64,000 nucleotides of DNA from Eledone cirrhosa (GCA_964016885.1 OZ024740.1:214334001-214398000), one strand, 5' to 3'; numbered from the stretch's first letter, positions 39,241 through 54,964 are shown. Numbers and translations: made by a program. The notes: generated by a model not told the origin, from the letters alone.

Positions 39241-39703
39241 CATACATATAATATTAATACCCAAGTTATTGATTTATATAAATAAATAAATAAGTATATA
39301 TATATATATATATAGTAATAATAATAAATTTGAAGACTAAAATCCAAAGAGGGCTCGATAAGGATAAATATATATCAAATATATAAGAACCGTAGAGCAA
39401 ATATTTATTAAAATAACAGATTAAAGTTTAAGCAAATAATCGGTGCTTTCACCCTTAACGGGATCTTCTGAAACTAACAAAGTCAATCTGTGAACGCAGA
39501 AGTGAATATTTCAAAAAACGTTGCAACCGAAGGAAGACAGGAAAACGATACTTTGGTTCGTGGAAAAAACGATACTTTGGTTCGTGGGAAAAAACGAATA
39601 TAATACCTCATTATTTGGAGCGGTGAAAAATAATTTCACACAAAGACAAAATCACGTTTATGGTATAAAAGAAGTCGTAGACAAATATATATATACACCA
39701 CCT

Positions 39704-39739
<36 letters not shown>

Positions 39740-40075
39740 CCCTCGAAACGGCTTGAGCTCAGCCGTCGGGGTCCTACTCGTTCCTATTATCCACTCTACT
39801 ACCCTAAGGATTGAGTACTTTGGTGCGTTATGGTCCACCTGGTTCCTTACCACATTTACTTCGTTATATATATATATATATATATATATCCAGGTGGTGT
39901 ATATATATATATATATATTGGAATAACTGCTCTGAAATAGCGATATATATGTGAATATAGACATAGAATATTCGAAAATATTCTGTATGTTTATAATAAA
40001 CATTTTGAAGACCTAATCGCTATAGAATAGAATACGTCACGTATTACAATTAGATTCTCGATAAAAGCAAGGGAA

Positions 40076-40118
40076 GTAATCTACGCGTTTCATTCTTATT
40101 AGAAATCTTCAGGACTAC
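40076..40118 (-). ncRNA. Type I minimal hammerhead ribozyme
   Basis: Reverse complement of 40357-40399. Confidence 0.8.
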
Positions 40119-40356
40119 ATATCCAGTGCTTTTATCGAGAATGACACAGCTAAAGACTTATAGAATACTTAGCTGTGTACAGGATATTTTCGAATATTCT
40201 ATGTCTATATTCACATATATATCGCTATTTCAGAGCAGTTATTCCAATTTCTAATTTCTGCCGGACCGGCAACCGCTCTTTCAAACCAGTTCCTGTACAC
40301 AGCTAAGTATTCTATAAGTCTCTAGCTGTGTCATTCTCGATAAAAGCACTGGATAT

Positions 40357-40399
40357 GTAGTCCTGAAGATTTCTAATAAGAATGAAACGCGTAGATTAC
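40357..40399 (+). ncRNA. Type I minimal hammerhead ribozyme
   Basis: GTAGTC-CTGAAGA-TTTCT AATA AGAAT-GAAA-CGCG-TA-GATTAC, with palindromic stem III ACGCGT. Confidence 0.85.
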
Positions 40400-40545
40400 T
40401 TCCCTTGCTTTTATCGAGAATCTAATTGTAATACGTGACGTATTCTATTCTATAGCGATTAGGTCTTCAAAATGTTTATTATAAACATACAGAATATTTT
40501 CGAATATTCTATGTCTATATTCATATATATATATATATATATAAT

Positions 40546-41370
40546 ATTAGAAAGATCGAGTATCGAAAATTCGGCGCACGAGTTCACGATAAACAAAATT
40601 CGAAATGAGCGGCAGAGGGCTCAATAATTCAGATGAATCAGAGCTATAACTATCGTTAAAATACCGTCACATATAGAACAAGTCTACAATCAACCATACG
40701 ATAAAAAATCGATAATAGAAGATTCGGGACAAACAGATAAAAAATATCAATAAAACAATACATCAATAATTTAAATGAATGTAAAATCATACCCGGACCC
40801 ACTAGAAAGATGTTAAATCTAGCTTCTTGGGTTTCTTTAAATCCTTAGACTGTACTCTATCAGCTTACATATAAATATAAAAGCCTACTAGAGCAAGAGG
40901 AACGGAGTTTACTTTCTCAACGAGCTTTTTTCCTAGCGGATAAGGGGCTAACTACCAGTGAAAAACGCACATGGCATTAGACAAGGGAGATAACCTCTAC
41001 ATCCGCGAAAACTATTCGAGGGAATGTGGAAATACACATATCGAATAAGAGTGCTCAATAGACATGTTAAAATAAAACAAAAGCTATTCATCACTCAATA
41101 GAATCGACAAAAAATGAGCAATAAAATTAACTGGTGGATAGCTATGTCCAGAGCTAAAAATATTAGAAAGATCGAGTATCGAAAAATCGGCGCACGAGTT
41201 CACGATAAACAAAATTCGAAATGAGCGGCAGAGGGCTCAATAATTCAGATGAATCAGAGCTATAACTATCGTTAAAATACCGTCACATATAGAACAAGTC
41301 TACAATCAACCATACGATAAAAAATCGATAATAGAAGATTCGGGACAAACAGATAAAAAATATCAATAAA
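40546..41370 (-). mobile_element. Non-autonomous element with ~205-bp direct repeats (pLTR-like, period ~616), in (TA)n
   Basis: 40546-40753 recurs at 41162-41369 almost identically. Reverse-strand TTGAGCACT lies at 41050. Distant relative at 7488-7690. Confidence 0.7.
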
Positions 41371-41629
41371 TATATATATATATATAACATAATTTAAGTA
41401 GAAGATTTAGTTTGTGGTGGGCATTAGTTTTCTATATGGCTGTTGTTTAATAATTTAGCGTTGTTTGTTGATATATATGGTGTGTCTTGTAGCTTTAATT
41501 CTAATGTTTATTGGTTTATATATTGGGAAAATGATTTAATGGAGGAAATATATTTATATCCAGTGCTCATTTCTTCAGGTGTTATGTATGCTGGGATTTT
41601 GTGTTGTTTTGTTGGATATATCTCACATA

Positions 41630-41707
<78 letters not shown>

Positions 41708-41829
41708 ATATAAACACACACACATAAATATGTGTATATTTATCTCTAAATCGCTATATATATATATATACATATATAACGATATAGAGATAAATATAGA
41801 TATATTTATGTGTGTGTGTTTATATGCAT

Positions 41830-41913
<84 letters not shown>

Positions 41914-42180
41914 GAGCGTTAGTTAGGTTTGAAATTCTTTGAAAATATAGGGAATCCCAAACGCAGAAAATAACTCCAACCACAGTCTATTGCTATAAAT
42001 AATAGCTTAGAAAATCGGGTAAAATACACCCGTAAACGTCGTGTGTGTCACTACGATGGGCCTACGGGTCCATATATATATATATGTATGTATGTAAAAG
42101 GTAAACAGAAATAACAACACAATCGGTACAGTATATGGAAGGTATATATTATGTTAACCCTTGATATAGCAGGAAGAGGG

Positions 42181-42216
42181 TCTTAACTTTTCGGACGCTA
42201 GTCCTTCATCAGAAGA
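42181..42216 (-). ncRNA. Minimal hammerhead ribozyme in pLTR remnant 42098-42290; related remnant at 54620-54730
   Basis: Reverse complement reads TCTT-CTGATGA-A-GGAC TAGC GTCC-GAAA-AG-TT-AAGA, with imperfect stem III. Confidence 0.65.
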
Positions 42217-42338
42217 AAGAATGAGAAATAAAATAGATTAAGGGGACGGGCGGGATGGAATTGGAAAAAATGTCTTTAGATAAAAATAATAGGTCCATAC
42301 ATGTTGACATGTATATATGTATGTACGTATACGTATAT

Positions 42339-42550
42339 GAAGGAGCGTGGCTGAGTGGTTAGAGAATTTGATTCGCAATCGTGAGGTTGTGAGTTCGGTT
42401 CGCGGACCATGAAATGCGTTATGTCCTTGGGCAAGACACTTTATTTTACGTTGATCCGTCTACCTGGCGTAGATAGATAGTATTAACAATTGGAACAACC
42501 GATGGAAACATCGTTTTCTCGGTCCGATTTGACGAAAATTAATCGACTGT
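42339..42550 (+). mobile_element. tRNA-derived SINE (second family)
   Basis: Homologous to 25000-25218, with A and B boxes. Confidence 0.85.
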
Positions 42551-42754
42551 CGATGTATATGTGTGTATATGGATTCGTAATTGCGAGTGGAGTCGCAAAG
42601 GCACCGTAGAGCGACATGGCGTTTCTTGGCTATTTTTTTAGAACTTGGTGTAGCCCATCTCTTCTCCAGGTCTGAACACAGCAGATTTCTTTCAGAGAAG
42701 GATAGAGGTCAAGATAAAAGAAATGAGAAACAGATATAGATGTAAAATAGTTCC

Positions 42755-42900
42755 TAGTATTAGACTGGTTGTTTTTAATAGACCTCGAAAGGATGAAAGG
42801 CAAAGTTGACCTTGCTGGGATTTGAACTCAAAAAGTGCAGGGATCCGTAACGAATACCACAAAGCATTCTCTCCGAAGTTCTAACGACCCTGACTATTCA
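42755..42900 (-). mobile_element. Degenerate OK/Meta-like SINE
   Basis: GGATGAAAGGCAAAGTTGACCT..GGATTTGAACTCA. Confidence 0.7.
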
Positions 42901-43499
42901 TATATATTCGTATGTATCATTTTTCAGTGCAGTACAGAAATGTTTGTGGAATATTTGGTTGCTACTTTTAGCAAATTGGGTGACCACATAGAAGCTTCCC
43001 CCTTTAACCTGGTCGAAGTGAATCATTATTTTATTTACATGACGTATTCAGAGGAGGAACGTTAATGCCTATACTATGTTTCAAGGTCTCCAAAGTAAAG
43101 AGGGATGGACATTTCATTTGAGACCAGGGACCTGCTTGCAACAGAATGTCCTCTTTTAAAGGGACCCAAGGGCCAGCCAGTAATGGGAAACTGGGGGACG
43201 GATTAGGACTTCCATATAAAAACAGGAGTTTGCTCTCTAACAGTTGAGCACAATTATTCGGATCTGGCCACTTCTAATTTGTCTCTACGCATATGATGGT
43301 TTTGGGATTGCTGACCTAGGATGACCCCAGTATTTTCAAGCAAGGTGAGCAAGAAGAGCCTCTTCTCATAATTTAGCATCGATTGTCTATAAGACAACCT
43401 AACGGAGACCAATATCCGAGAAGGAAATTATGTCTATTGTGGTTTTGAATTCTGGAAATTTCCATTAATAATATTATATTTTCAGAAACCGGAGTGGAA

Positions 43500-44078
43500 T
43501 GGTTTTGTTGTAGTTGTCGTTGTTGTTGTCGTTATTGTTGTTGTTGTTATTATTGGTGCTGTTGTCAATGTTGGTGTTGTTATTGTTGTTATTGTCATTG
43601 TTGTTGTTGTTATTGTTGTCGTTGTTGTTGTTATTGTTGGTGTTGTTTTTGTTATTGTTGTTGTTGCTGTCATTGTTGTTAATGTTATTGCAGTTGTCGT
43701 TGTTGTTGTTGTCGTTGTTATTGTTGTTGTTGTTGTGTTCCTGTCTCAGGTCGAACATGTTTACGTTACGTGATTAGTTGGGGAATAAAGACTTACCTCC
43801 CTTTTCTTCTTCAATACATCACCTTCCTTTACCTTCCCCCTCCTCTACATGATGACGATGGTGATGATGATGATGATCATCATCAAGATCGTTATCATCA
43901 TCATCATTATTCTCAAAGTTCTTTTCACCATCACCACTACTACCACCACCATTACGTCATCGTCATTATTTTCGTTATCACCATGTCAACTTTGTCGTCG
44001 TCTTCCTCCTTCTCCTCATCCCTCACCTCCTCTTCACCATCATCATCATCAACATCATCATCATCATCATCATTGACA
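43500..44078. repeat. (GTT)n and (CAT/GAT)n trinucleotide repeats
   Basis: Read directly from the sequence. Confidence 0.9.
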
Positions 44079-44152
44079 TTATGAGTGCTTTGAATTTCAT
44101 TAGCTAATCTTTACTATTTTTCTATCTATCCATCGGCCTTTTTTAGTTCCTC

Positions 44153-44239
<87 letters not shown>

Positions 44240-44241
<2 letters not shown>

Positions 44242-44430
44242 TAAAGGATATTTAATTTGTTGGTAATTCAACAAATATATATATGCAGGTAAAACTTGAA
44301 CTGTTAAGATCTCGTTCCTGGATATGTCAATATTTATAAAATAAACTTTGTATTTTATCTGATGAGTGCGTACCAAAGTTTTGGTACCGTTGAAATATAT
44401 ATATATAATATATTTATATAATATATATGT

Positions 44431-44463
<33 letters not shown>

Positions 44464-44515
44464 ATAGAATAAATATGGTTTTATAAATATAGTTTCCATT
44501 TATTAAAATCATTGA
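44240..44515 (+). mobile_element. pLTR remnant with an HHR (44351-44410) whose stem III has expanded into (TA)n
   Basis: TATTTTAT-CTGATGA-GTGCGTACCAAAGTTTTGGTACCGTT-GAAA-(TA)n, then AATAAATATGGTTTTATAAATATAGTTTCCATTT. Confidence 0.75.
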
Positions 44516-44907
44516 TATATATATATATATATATATAATCATTCTCTTATATATTTTAAAATGCATAAGAACTGTGAAACCGATAAAGGAAACAAATAAA
44601 TATTCTTAAAAAGACTCCAGTTGGGGGAGGGGGGTTCTCGCGTCAGATGCGAGAAGAAGAAAGTGTGTTTTTGTTTCTGACGCAAAGACGATTGTGGTAG
44701 CCTGTTGTTATTTTAGCTCGCCTAATGCGAGAAAGTTCTCCAAGAAAGTTAACCAGGAATCTTTAAAACCTCCCCACTGAAGTTAACAGAGAACTTACTA
44801 GATCTCCAAAATCAAACTGTAAAATTATAATATTATAAAATTAAATTAAATTGTTTAGAACTACAAGTGAAGTCATTCTTTTCCTTTACACTCACATATA
44901 TATATAT

Positions 44908-47192
<2,285 letters not shown>

Positions 47193-47194
47193 AG

Positions 47195-47850
47195 AAAAAC
47201 TTTTCGCTCTACATGGCTGAGTTTTTCGAATGTAATCTGAGTTTTTCGAATATTAATAATAATATTCGATTCGTTTGCAATTATGTAAACAGCCTCTTTT
47301 AAGCCATGTCGGTAGAAGGAGATCCTCCTTCTTGCTCTTGTGTTGGCTTGTAAAGAGAACTGCAGAGACTGCTGTTTCTGGGTGATTACCCTTCTTCAGT
47401 GCAGTTTACTGTTCACCTGCCAACTGTCAGCGCTAGTGAAGATATGTGATATTGTCTAAAATATACAGTGACTGATCGGCTTGATTTGCGTATTAGCAGA
47501 CTGGCTGATCAGTCAGATCTGCATATTAGCAGATCCACTGATCAGCCAGATTTGCATATCAGCAGTTTCATGTATACGAGCGATTAATGGCCGGCTTTGC
47601 GATATCCAAATAACTAACAAAAAGTTATCGCTCTACATGGCTGAATACAATAAATGTAATCTGAGTTTCTTCGAATATTAATAATAATATTCGATTCGTT
47701 TGCAATTATGCAAACAGCCTCTTTTAAGCCATGTCAGTAGAATGAACCCTCATTCTTGCTCTTGTGTTGGCTTAAAAGAGGCTGTTTGCATAATTGCAAA
47801 CGAATCGAATATTATTATTAATATTCGAAAAACTTAGATTACATTTATAT
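47195..47850 (-). mobile_element. Retrozyme-like family B: ~424-nt monomer (1.3 copies) + terminal inversion, degenerate HHR at about 47358-47407
   Basis: TCGCTCTACATGGCTGA occurs at 47204 and 47628. Reverse strand reads AACTGCA-CTGAAGA-A-GGGT AATC ACCC-A-GAAA-CAGCAG-TCTC-TGCAGTT. Three octamer-like repeats lie at 47482-47560. Confidence 0.65.
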
Positions 47851-48235
47851 ATATATATATATATATAAATTAGAATTGGTGCTCTGAAATAGCGATATAT
47901 ATATGAATGTATATATAGTGTATTTTGCAATACACTGTATGACAGAGCTCTGTTTCGTACTGATTGGTACTTATCAAAGCCAAGTACTCCACCTGTTTGC
48001 TGAAAATCATGAATGTTTGATTCTTATAGAATCCTAGTAATAATCAGGAACTGATTATACAGAGCGGTTGCCGGTGCTCTGAAATAGCGATATATATATG
48101 AATCTATATATAGTGTATTTTGAAATATACTGTATGCTTAATTAAAATCATTTCAAAGACCTTAGCTATTGTTTTAGAGTAGTGACAGTCTCACTTACTT
48201 TAAATTTTCAGCAAACAGGGGAGATAAAGCTGACA

Positions 48236-49358
48236 GAGCTATCTGGACGACTGCTTCATCCTCTGGCATGAAAGTATAGAAAGACTGATTGAGTTTAAAA
48301 CCCTTCTAAATGGACTCAACACAAACTTATAATTTACAATGGATTACAGCCATGAACAACTCCCTTTCCTCGACATCCTCATCAAGAAAACAAACAACAA
48401 AATAGAAACAGACATATACTACAAACCCACAGACTCCAAACAATATCTACCATTTACCTCGTGCCACCCTCGCCATACCAAAATGGCAATTCCTTATAAG
48501 CTAGCCAGAAGGATCTGCAAAATAGTTTCAGATAAATACACATGCTACACACGACTAGAAGAATTAAATAACACACTTATCAGCAGAAACTACCCACCAT
48601 CCCTAATCAACAATGGATTCCAACGTGCCCTAAAACTCAACATCCAGGACACCCCAAACTCAGGAATGAACCGCAACAGAAAACTCAATCATACATCTCC
48701 ACACACAACCCCCTCAACATTGAGGCATTCGACACCATCCTCCAGAACATTCCTTTACTAAAAAGAGACCCACGAATGAACAAAATCCTCCAAACACACA
48801 ACATCATAAAGAGCAAAAGACAACTTAAATACATAAAAAAACATCCTTACACAAGCCAAAATCCAACCAACCCTCACAATGGACCCTACAGTAAAAAAAT
48901 GCGGAAGGCCCAACTGTGGTATATGCATAAATCTAATAGAAGGTTCAACATTCCATTTTAAACAAAGACAACATTTCACAGTTAAACACAACTTTACATG
49001 TGCATCTGAAAACCTAATCTATGTTCTGACCTGCTCAGGTTGTCGAGAGCACTACATAAGACAGACAAAATACAGCCTCCGACAACGTATGACCGTCCAT
49101 AGATCACAAATCAAAATACAGGAATACAGAAAGATTGCTTTTAGTGAACATATCGCCAATTGTGCACCTAACCAACATCCAAACTTTAAAATTTCCCCCA
49201 TTTACAAATTCATAGACAACACTTCTTTCATCCATCGTACCAATAAGGAAACGTACTACATTAACAAATTCCAACCTCTACTTAATGGACTAAACTTCGG
49301 ACTAAAGGAACTAACAGGATCGAACAATGAATCAAAACCAAATTCCTATATTCTCTAA
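48236..49358 (+). pseudogene. 5'-truncated, frameshifted Neptune-like PLE ORF (RT thumb + GIY-YIG)
   Basis: YLDDCFILW, LPFLDILI, YYKPTDSKQYLPFTSCHP, KKCGRPNCGIC, TCASENLIYVLTCSGC..YIRQT..LRQRMTVH. Confidence 0.9.
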
Positions 49359-49972
49359 AGAGTTACCTCCCTCACACCCTACCTAATCCTTTTTCGTATA
49401 TAAATGAATTACCCCCTCTCATTTCTCTCTCGCCTACCTGACCACCCTGAATTACTCTCTAAAAAGGGAAATCATATCGGACCCCAGACTACCATTTGCC
49501 TCCATCATGGATCAACTAAGCGCTCTTGCCATAATAACACATTTTGAACTGCTTATCCTCAAGAAATATGCCTGTAAATAATATTATTTTTTCTTTCCCA
49601 TTACCTTATTATGTGCCACATCACCCCCCTTTTTTTCTTTTTTCTTTTCACTTCAAAAACCTTGTTTGTAAATAACATTATTCTTTCTTCCCTATTTCCT
49701 TAACATGTTCAACATCACCAACATTTTACACCAGTACAAATTCCCCCCCTTTGATAATGCATAAAATGCTGAAACCGGTAATAGACAATTATTAAATATA
49801 TAAATAAATAAATAATTGCCATTGTTAATTAATAAATAAATTAACTAATACCTTAACACTTCACACAAAGTAAAATATTTTGTTTTAAACATTTTCTAAC
49901 CCAGAAAAAAGAGAAAGAATAAAAGGAAAAAAAAAATTTTTTTCTTCTTAATAATCATCTTTTTCTCCCTAT

Positions 49973-50047
<75 letters not shown>

Positions 50048-50049
<2 letters not shown>

Positions 50050-50478
50050 CAATGAGTTATTTAATTTGTTGATAATTCAACAACATTTATTTATAACAGA
50101 TTAGAAGCACTCAACAGTGTTATTCTGGGGTATAATATCAATAATATTGATAAATGGAAGCTATCTTTATAAAACCATATTTATTTTATTATATTTATTT
50201 CAAGGGTACCAACATGTTGGTATGCACTCATCAGATAAAATACAAAAATTGGTTTATAGATAGTGACATATTCAGACAAGAACTTAATGTTGTGAAATCT
50301 ATTTGAATAGAGATTTGAAGTTTTGTTCACTATCCAAATAGAACTCACAACATTAAGTTCTTGTCTGAATATGTCACTATCTTTAAACCAATTTTTGTAT
50401 TTTATCTGATGAGGGCGTACCAAAATTTTGGTACCCTTGAAATATATATAATAATAAATATGGTTTTATAAAGATATC
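50048..50478. mobile_element. Foldback of PLE pLTR ends with HHRs at 50182-50242 (-) and 50398-50456 (+)
   Basis: 50163-50295 is the reverse complement of 50345-50475. CTGATGA-GGGCGTACCAAAATTTTGGTACCCTT-GAAA-TATATA-TA. Confidence 0.85.
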
Positions 50479-50850
50479 CTAGTTTATTTTACACCTAATT
50501 CTGTTTAATTGACTGTATATCTAGGCGATTACGCTGTCGAAATATTGGATAAATATTCTGTTGCAGCCGGCGCGAAGGGCTGGTTTCGGTTATTTGTTGG
50601 AGATTTCTTCATAGAAACCTTATTCTTATAGCCTGGTCTATTCGATTTTTATATGGTTAATTATACTAATTGGGAGAGGAAATGGTATATATTTTATCTG
50701 GTGATTCTATAGACATGTTTTATGATATATAGCTCTGATTATTTAATTTATTAACTTTTCATTGAGCCACAAAGTGACCCGTTGCAAAACACGTATATGT
50801 ATATATGAATATATATATATATATGTAAACCTTTATATGTATATATATAT

Positions 50851-51052
<202 letters not shown>

Positions 51053-51742
51053 TTAGAAAGTGAGGTTTTTTTTTACAAAATGAAAAATAACCGAGGTGTC
51101 CTACACGAGTGGAAGTATAAAGAAAAAGGGATGAAATCGAAAATGCAACTGAAGTCTTATTTTTTAAAAAAATATATATATTTATTTGGTTCCTTTACCG
51201 GTTTCGCAGTTCTTCTGCTTTTCAAAAGGTGAGTTGAGATGGAGGGTCTGTGGTTTTTCTCACATCTGGTTGGTCTCTAAATGTTACTTGTTTTATATGG
51301 AAAAACTGGCTCGAAAACCAGGTTTTTCGAGAAGTAATTTGATTGGTTTGTCAATAATTATAATAAATTTCGCGCCAGTTCGCGTTACAATAGTTCTTCA
51401 AATAAGAGAGGGGGGGGGGTTGTCACAGGTTGTTTTTTCATATATGAGTGTTTGAATTTTTTTTTACTTGAAAAAATGAGGCTCACGAAGGCTTTTTTTT
51501 GGTTGGTTATAAATGAAATTTGGCTGTCACGTGAACAAGTTTTCATTACATTTTTGCGCCCTTATTTGGAAAACTATTCTGTAGTCTTTATAGTGAATGT
51601 TATGACAATGGAGAGATAGTGGTCAAGGGAAAAGGGATTGGGAGAAATGTTCTGGTTCAGTGAATATGGCCAGCTGTCAGAGTTCAGGTGTCAGAGTTCA
51701 GATTTTCTATTGAGACTGAAGATATGTGTTTATTTGTGTGCT

Positions 51743-51775
<33 letters not shown>

Positions 51776-52264
51776 ATGTGTGTATTGGAAGATGATTCTA
51801 TTAGTAGAGATGGGGGAGGGAGTTGTGTGTGTGTGTATATGGGTGTTATGTGTGTGTGTGCGAGTATGTTAGATAGAGAGAATATATATTTTTTGTGTGT
51901 GTGTATATATATATGTGTGTAGGAAAGTGGTTCTATTAGTAGAAATGGGGAGGGTGTTGTAGGTGTGGGGTTTTTTATGTGTGTGTATGGGTGTTATGTG
52001 TGTGGGAGTATGGTTAGCATGTTAAGATGAAGAGAATATATATATATATATATATATTGTGTGTGTGTATGTGTGTGTGTAGGAAAATGATTCCTTTAGT
52101 AGGAATATTTTTGAATGAACATATTTTCCTGACTTTTTCGTGTTTGCTGTTGTATTGCCAGTGCAAACGTATGTTTAAGGTTTATTTAGTTCGGGTTTTT
52201 ATTTTCTAAAGTAGGTGTTATGTGTGTGTGTGTATGTCATATTGTGGTGTTGACATAATGTATA

Positions 52265-53410
52265 TTAAACCTTATTTAATGTTGGTCTATATTTTTGAAT
52301 AAACATATTTTCCTTATTTATTCGCATTTGTTCTGTTGTATTGTTAGCGCAAAGGTAAAATGGGAAGACTTGGAATTTGGGTGTCTTATTACTTGCGCAA
52401 ATGTCTAGATGTGCACTTAGTGGTATTTGTCTCGTGGTTGGATCTCGTAATTGTTGGCGATGAACTGTCATTCTGTTTCTGAGTGTGAGTTTAGTTTGTC
52501 CTATATAATCTTCATTGCATCCTTTACATTTAATGGCATAAATTAGATTTTTTGATGAGCAAGTGAAGTGATTTTTTACAGTAAAATTTTGTCCTGATTT
52601 AAATGTATACGTGTTGCCTTCAATGAGGTGAGTGCAGGTTCCACAATTAGAGCGACCACATTTTTTGATACTTGGTTGTGGGTTTGTGGTAGGTAATTTG
52701 GCATTGGTGAGTAATGTTTTCAGTGATTTTGGTTGTCTTTTGCTTTGGATTATTTTGTGTGTTTCAAGGGCTTTTTTCATTCTTGGGTTTTGTTTTAGTA
52801 GTGGGATGTTATTGTGAATAGTGTTGTAAGCTTCCGCATTTCTTGGGTTGTGTGTTGAGATATATGATAGAATATTGGACGTACCTTGAATTTGTTTCTG
52901 TTTCCGTAATTCATCAATGCCTATTGCTTTAGCCCTTTCTATTCCATTATTTATTAGTAATAGTGGGTACTCTCTCTCAAGTAGAATTTCCTTTAATTCT
53001 TGAAGTCTTTTATTTCGCGTTTCATAATTGGAGACAATTGTGCAAATTCTTCTTGCTAGGTTAAAAGGAATGTTCGTCTTCGTGTGCTTTGGATGGTTGG
53101 AGGTGAATAGCAGATATTGTTTGGAATCTGTTGGTTTGTAGTGTATGTCAGTTTCGATATTTGTGTCTTTTTTTGTGATTAAGATGTCCAGAAATGGGAG
53201 TTGATCTTGGCTGTATTCCATTGTGAATTGGATGTGGTTATTGATGCCGTTTATTAAGTTTTTGAAATCCTTCAGTTGGTCGAGTGTGTGGGACCAAAGA
53301 ATGAGGCAATCATCCAAGTAGCGTTTCCAATTCTCTGATAAATATTTGTGGAAGTTCAATCCGTATTTTGATTTGGACTGTTCATATATCTGGACTTCTA
53401 AGTATGCCAT
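52265..53410 (-). CDS. 5'-truncated Neptune-like PLE ORF, uninterrupted 381 aa (RT C-half + GIY-YIG); 3'UTR runs to about 51060 with a degenerate HHR at 51192-51229
   Basis: WKRYLDDCLILW, LPFLDILI, SNHPKH, KKCGRSNCGTC, TCSSKNLIYAIKCKGCNEDYIGQT..LRNRMTVH..H..E..LN. Truncated at (TA)n. Confidence 0.9.
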   Translation of the reverse strand: MAYLEVQIYEQSKSKYGLNFHKYLSENWKRYLDDCLILWSHTLDQLKDFKNLINGINNHIQFTMEYSQDQLPFLDILITKKDTNIETDIHYKPTDSKQYLLFTSNHPKHTKTNIPFNLARRICTIVSNYETRNKRLQELKEILLEREYPLLLINNGIERAKAIGIDELRKQKQIQGTSNILSYISTHNPRNAEAYNTIHNNIPLLKQNPRMKKALETHKIIQSKRQPKSLKTLLTNAKLPTTNPQPSIKKCGRSNCGTCTHLIEGNTYTFKSGQNFTVKNHFTCSSKNLIYAIKCKGCNEDYIGQTKLTLRNRMTVHRQQLRDPTTRQIPLSAHLDICASNKTPKFQVFPFYLCANNTTEQMRINKENMFIQKYRPTLNKV

Positions 53411-53412
53411 GA

Positions 53413-53442
<30 letters not shown>

Positions 53443-53447
<5 letters not shown>

Positions 53448-53727
53448 ATTCACCGAACATTTATTATAATGCTGGGTGTGTTTGTAAACAAACATCCCAT
53501 ATTAAGCCGTAGTGTCCAGCAACCATCGTTGCTCGTTTGTTCAACAAAGGAACGCTGTACTAGTTTCAAACTTATTAGCTATCGTCAGCAACGTATATCT
53601 TCCTGCCAGATTGTTGAACGTATATACTTATCTTATGCATATTAACGGCTGAGTAGCCCAATTTGCATATCGAGTGGGTTAATCGGCCGGGTGCACCCAA
53701 AACGATAAACGGAAAAAATGAAACGAA
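53443..53727 (-). mobile_element. Retrozyme-like family A copy with HHR at 53552-53594
   Basis: Reverse complement reads ACGTTG-CTGACGA-TAGCT AATA AGTT-T-GAAA-CTAG-TA-CAGCGT. Octamer at 53661. Confidence 0.85.
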
Positions 53728-54123
53728 GTAAGTTGCACAGAGAATTAAACGCACACACACATCTACACATACATATACACATACATATACATATGTGCTG
53801 ACTGACAAGTATATGTATGTGAGTGTATGTGAGAGGCAGAGAGAGAGAGATGGGCCGTTATACAGAGACAGATACCATCACAAACGACTCTTCAAACTCT
53901 TCCAGCTTTTATCAATATACTGCTTACAGACCGTACTAACAAAACTAAACACTTCAGAAGCAATGCTATGCGGTATATTGCTATATTTCAGATGACGTCT
54001 TTTGGAGCTGAAAGAGATCATACTGACTATGGTTATTTCACAACATTTTAAATCCGAGGACAATGCAACCACTTAATCAGCAATTTACTCACTCAGCCTA
54101 ATAAGGAAGTTCTATGATTGTTT

Positions 54124-54227
<104 letters not shown>

Positions 54228-54737
54228 ACACACACACACACGCACATTACGGTCTCGCCTCATACTGTAAACCAGACAGCAGATCCAGCACAGTCGTTTT
54301 CTTTTTTATCTGTCTTCTCTTAACTGTTCTCTCGGCTTAAGACGGGTACCTCAGCTAGTATATATATGTATTAGTAAAATAAGAAAAACAGTAGAAAATG
54401 CAAAACATTTATTTACAAAAAAGGAATTTATCGTACCGGTTTCAGCCAAAAGTTGTAGGCTTCTTCATGCTATAGAAGTGTAAAATAAAATTTATAATGG
54501 AGTTAAGGTGTATAATAATAAGAATATGGTATAAAAGAGTATGGTCTACATTCATATAGAAATATAAATGTATTCACAACTTCGTTTATCGTTTTCTCTC
54601 TTTCTCTTCTTGGTGGTTTGAAATAGCGTCCGAAACTTCAAGACCCTCTCTCTTCCTGCTATTTCAAGCGTTAACCTAATAAATTCCTTCCACATACTGT
54701 ACCGATTTGGTTGTTATTTCTCTTTACCTCTTACATA

Positions 54738-54774
<37 letters not shown>

Positions 54775-54964
54775 GTCTGTATGCCTCTTTATCTCTTTCT
54801 CTCTGTCTCCTTCTTTCTCTTCCATTACTTTTTCTACAATGACCAACTCAAGTAAAGTTATCACCGTCTGTATATTTTACCTATTAACACTTTTCAAATT
54901 TCTATTTTTTTTTGTTACATTTATTTCAAATTCATTTATCTGTTATAATTTTTTTCGACTTTAG

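Larger units (their letters stand above)
39918..40525. mobile_element. Inverted/tandem cluster of a short HHR-bearing non-autonomous unit; relative at 47868-48225
   Basis: 39952-40180 is the reverse complement of 40293-40523. 40185-40247 re-duplicates the end. Confidence 0.8.

Noticed and set aside
54428-54475. HHR-like motifs at 54430 (-), 51192 (-), 49750 (+) and 39445 (-)
   Set aside because: Stem II and GAAA are recognisable, but the CTGANGA core is mutated. They are counted as dead remnants, not functional ribozymes.
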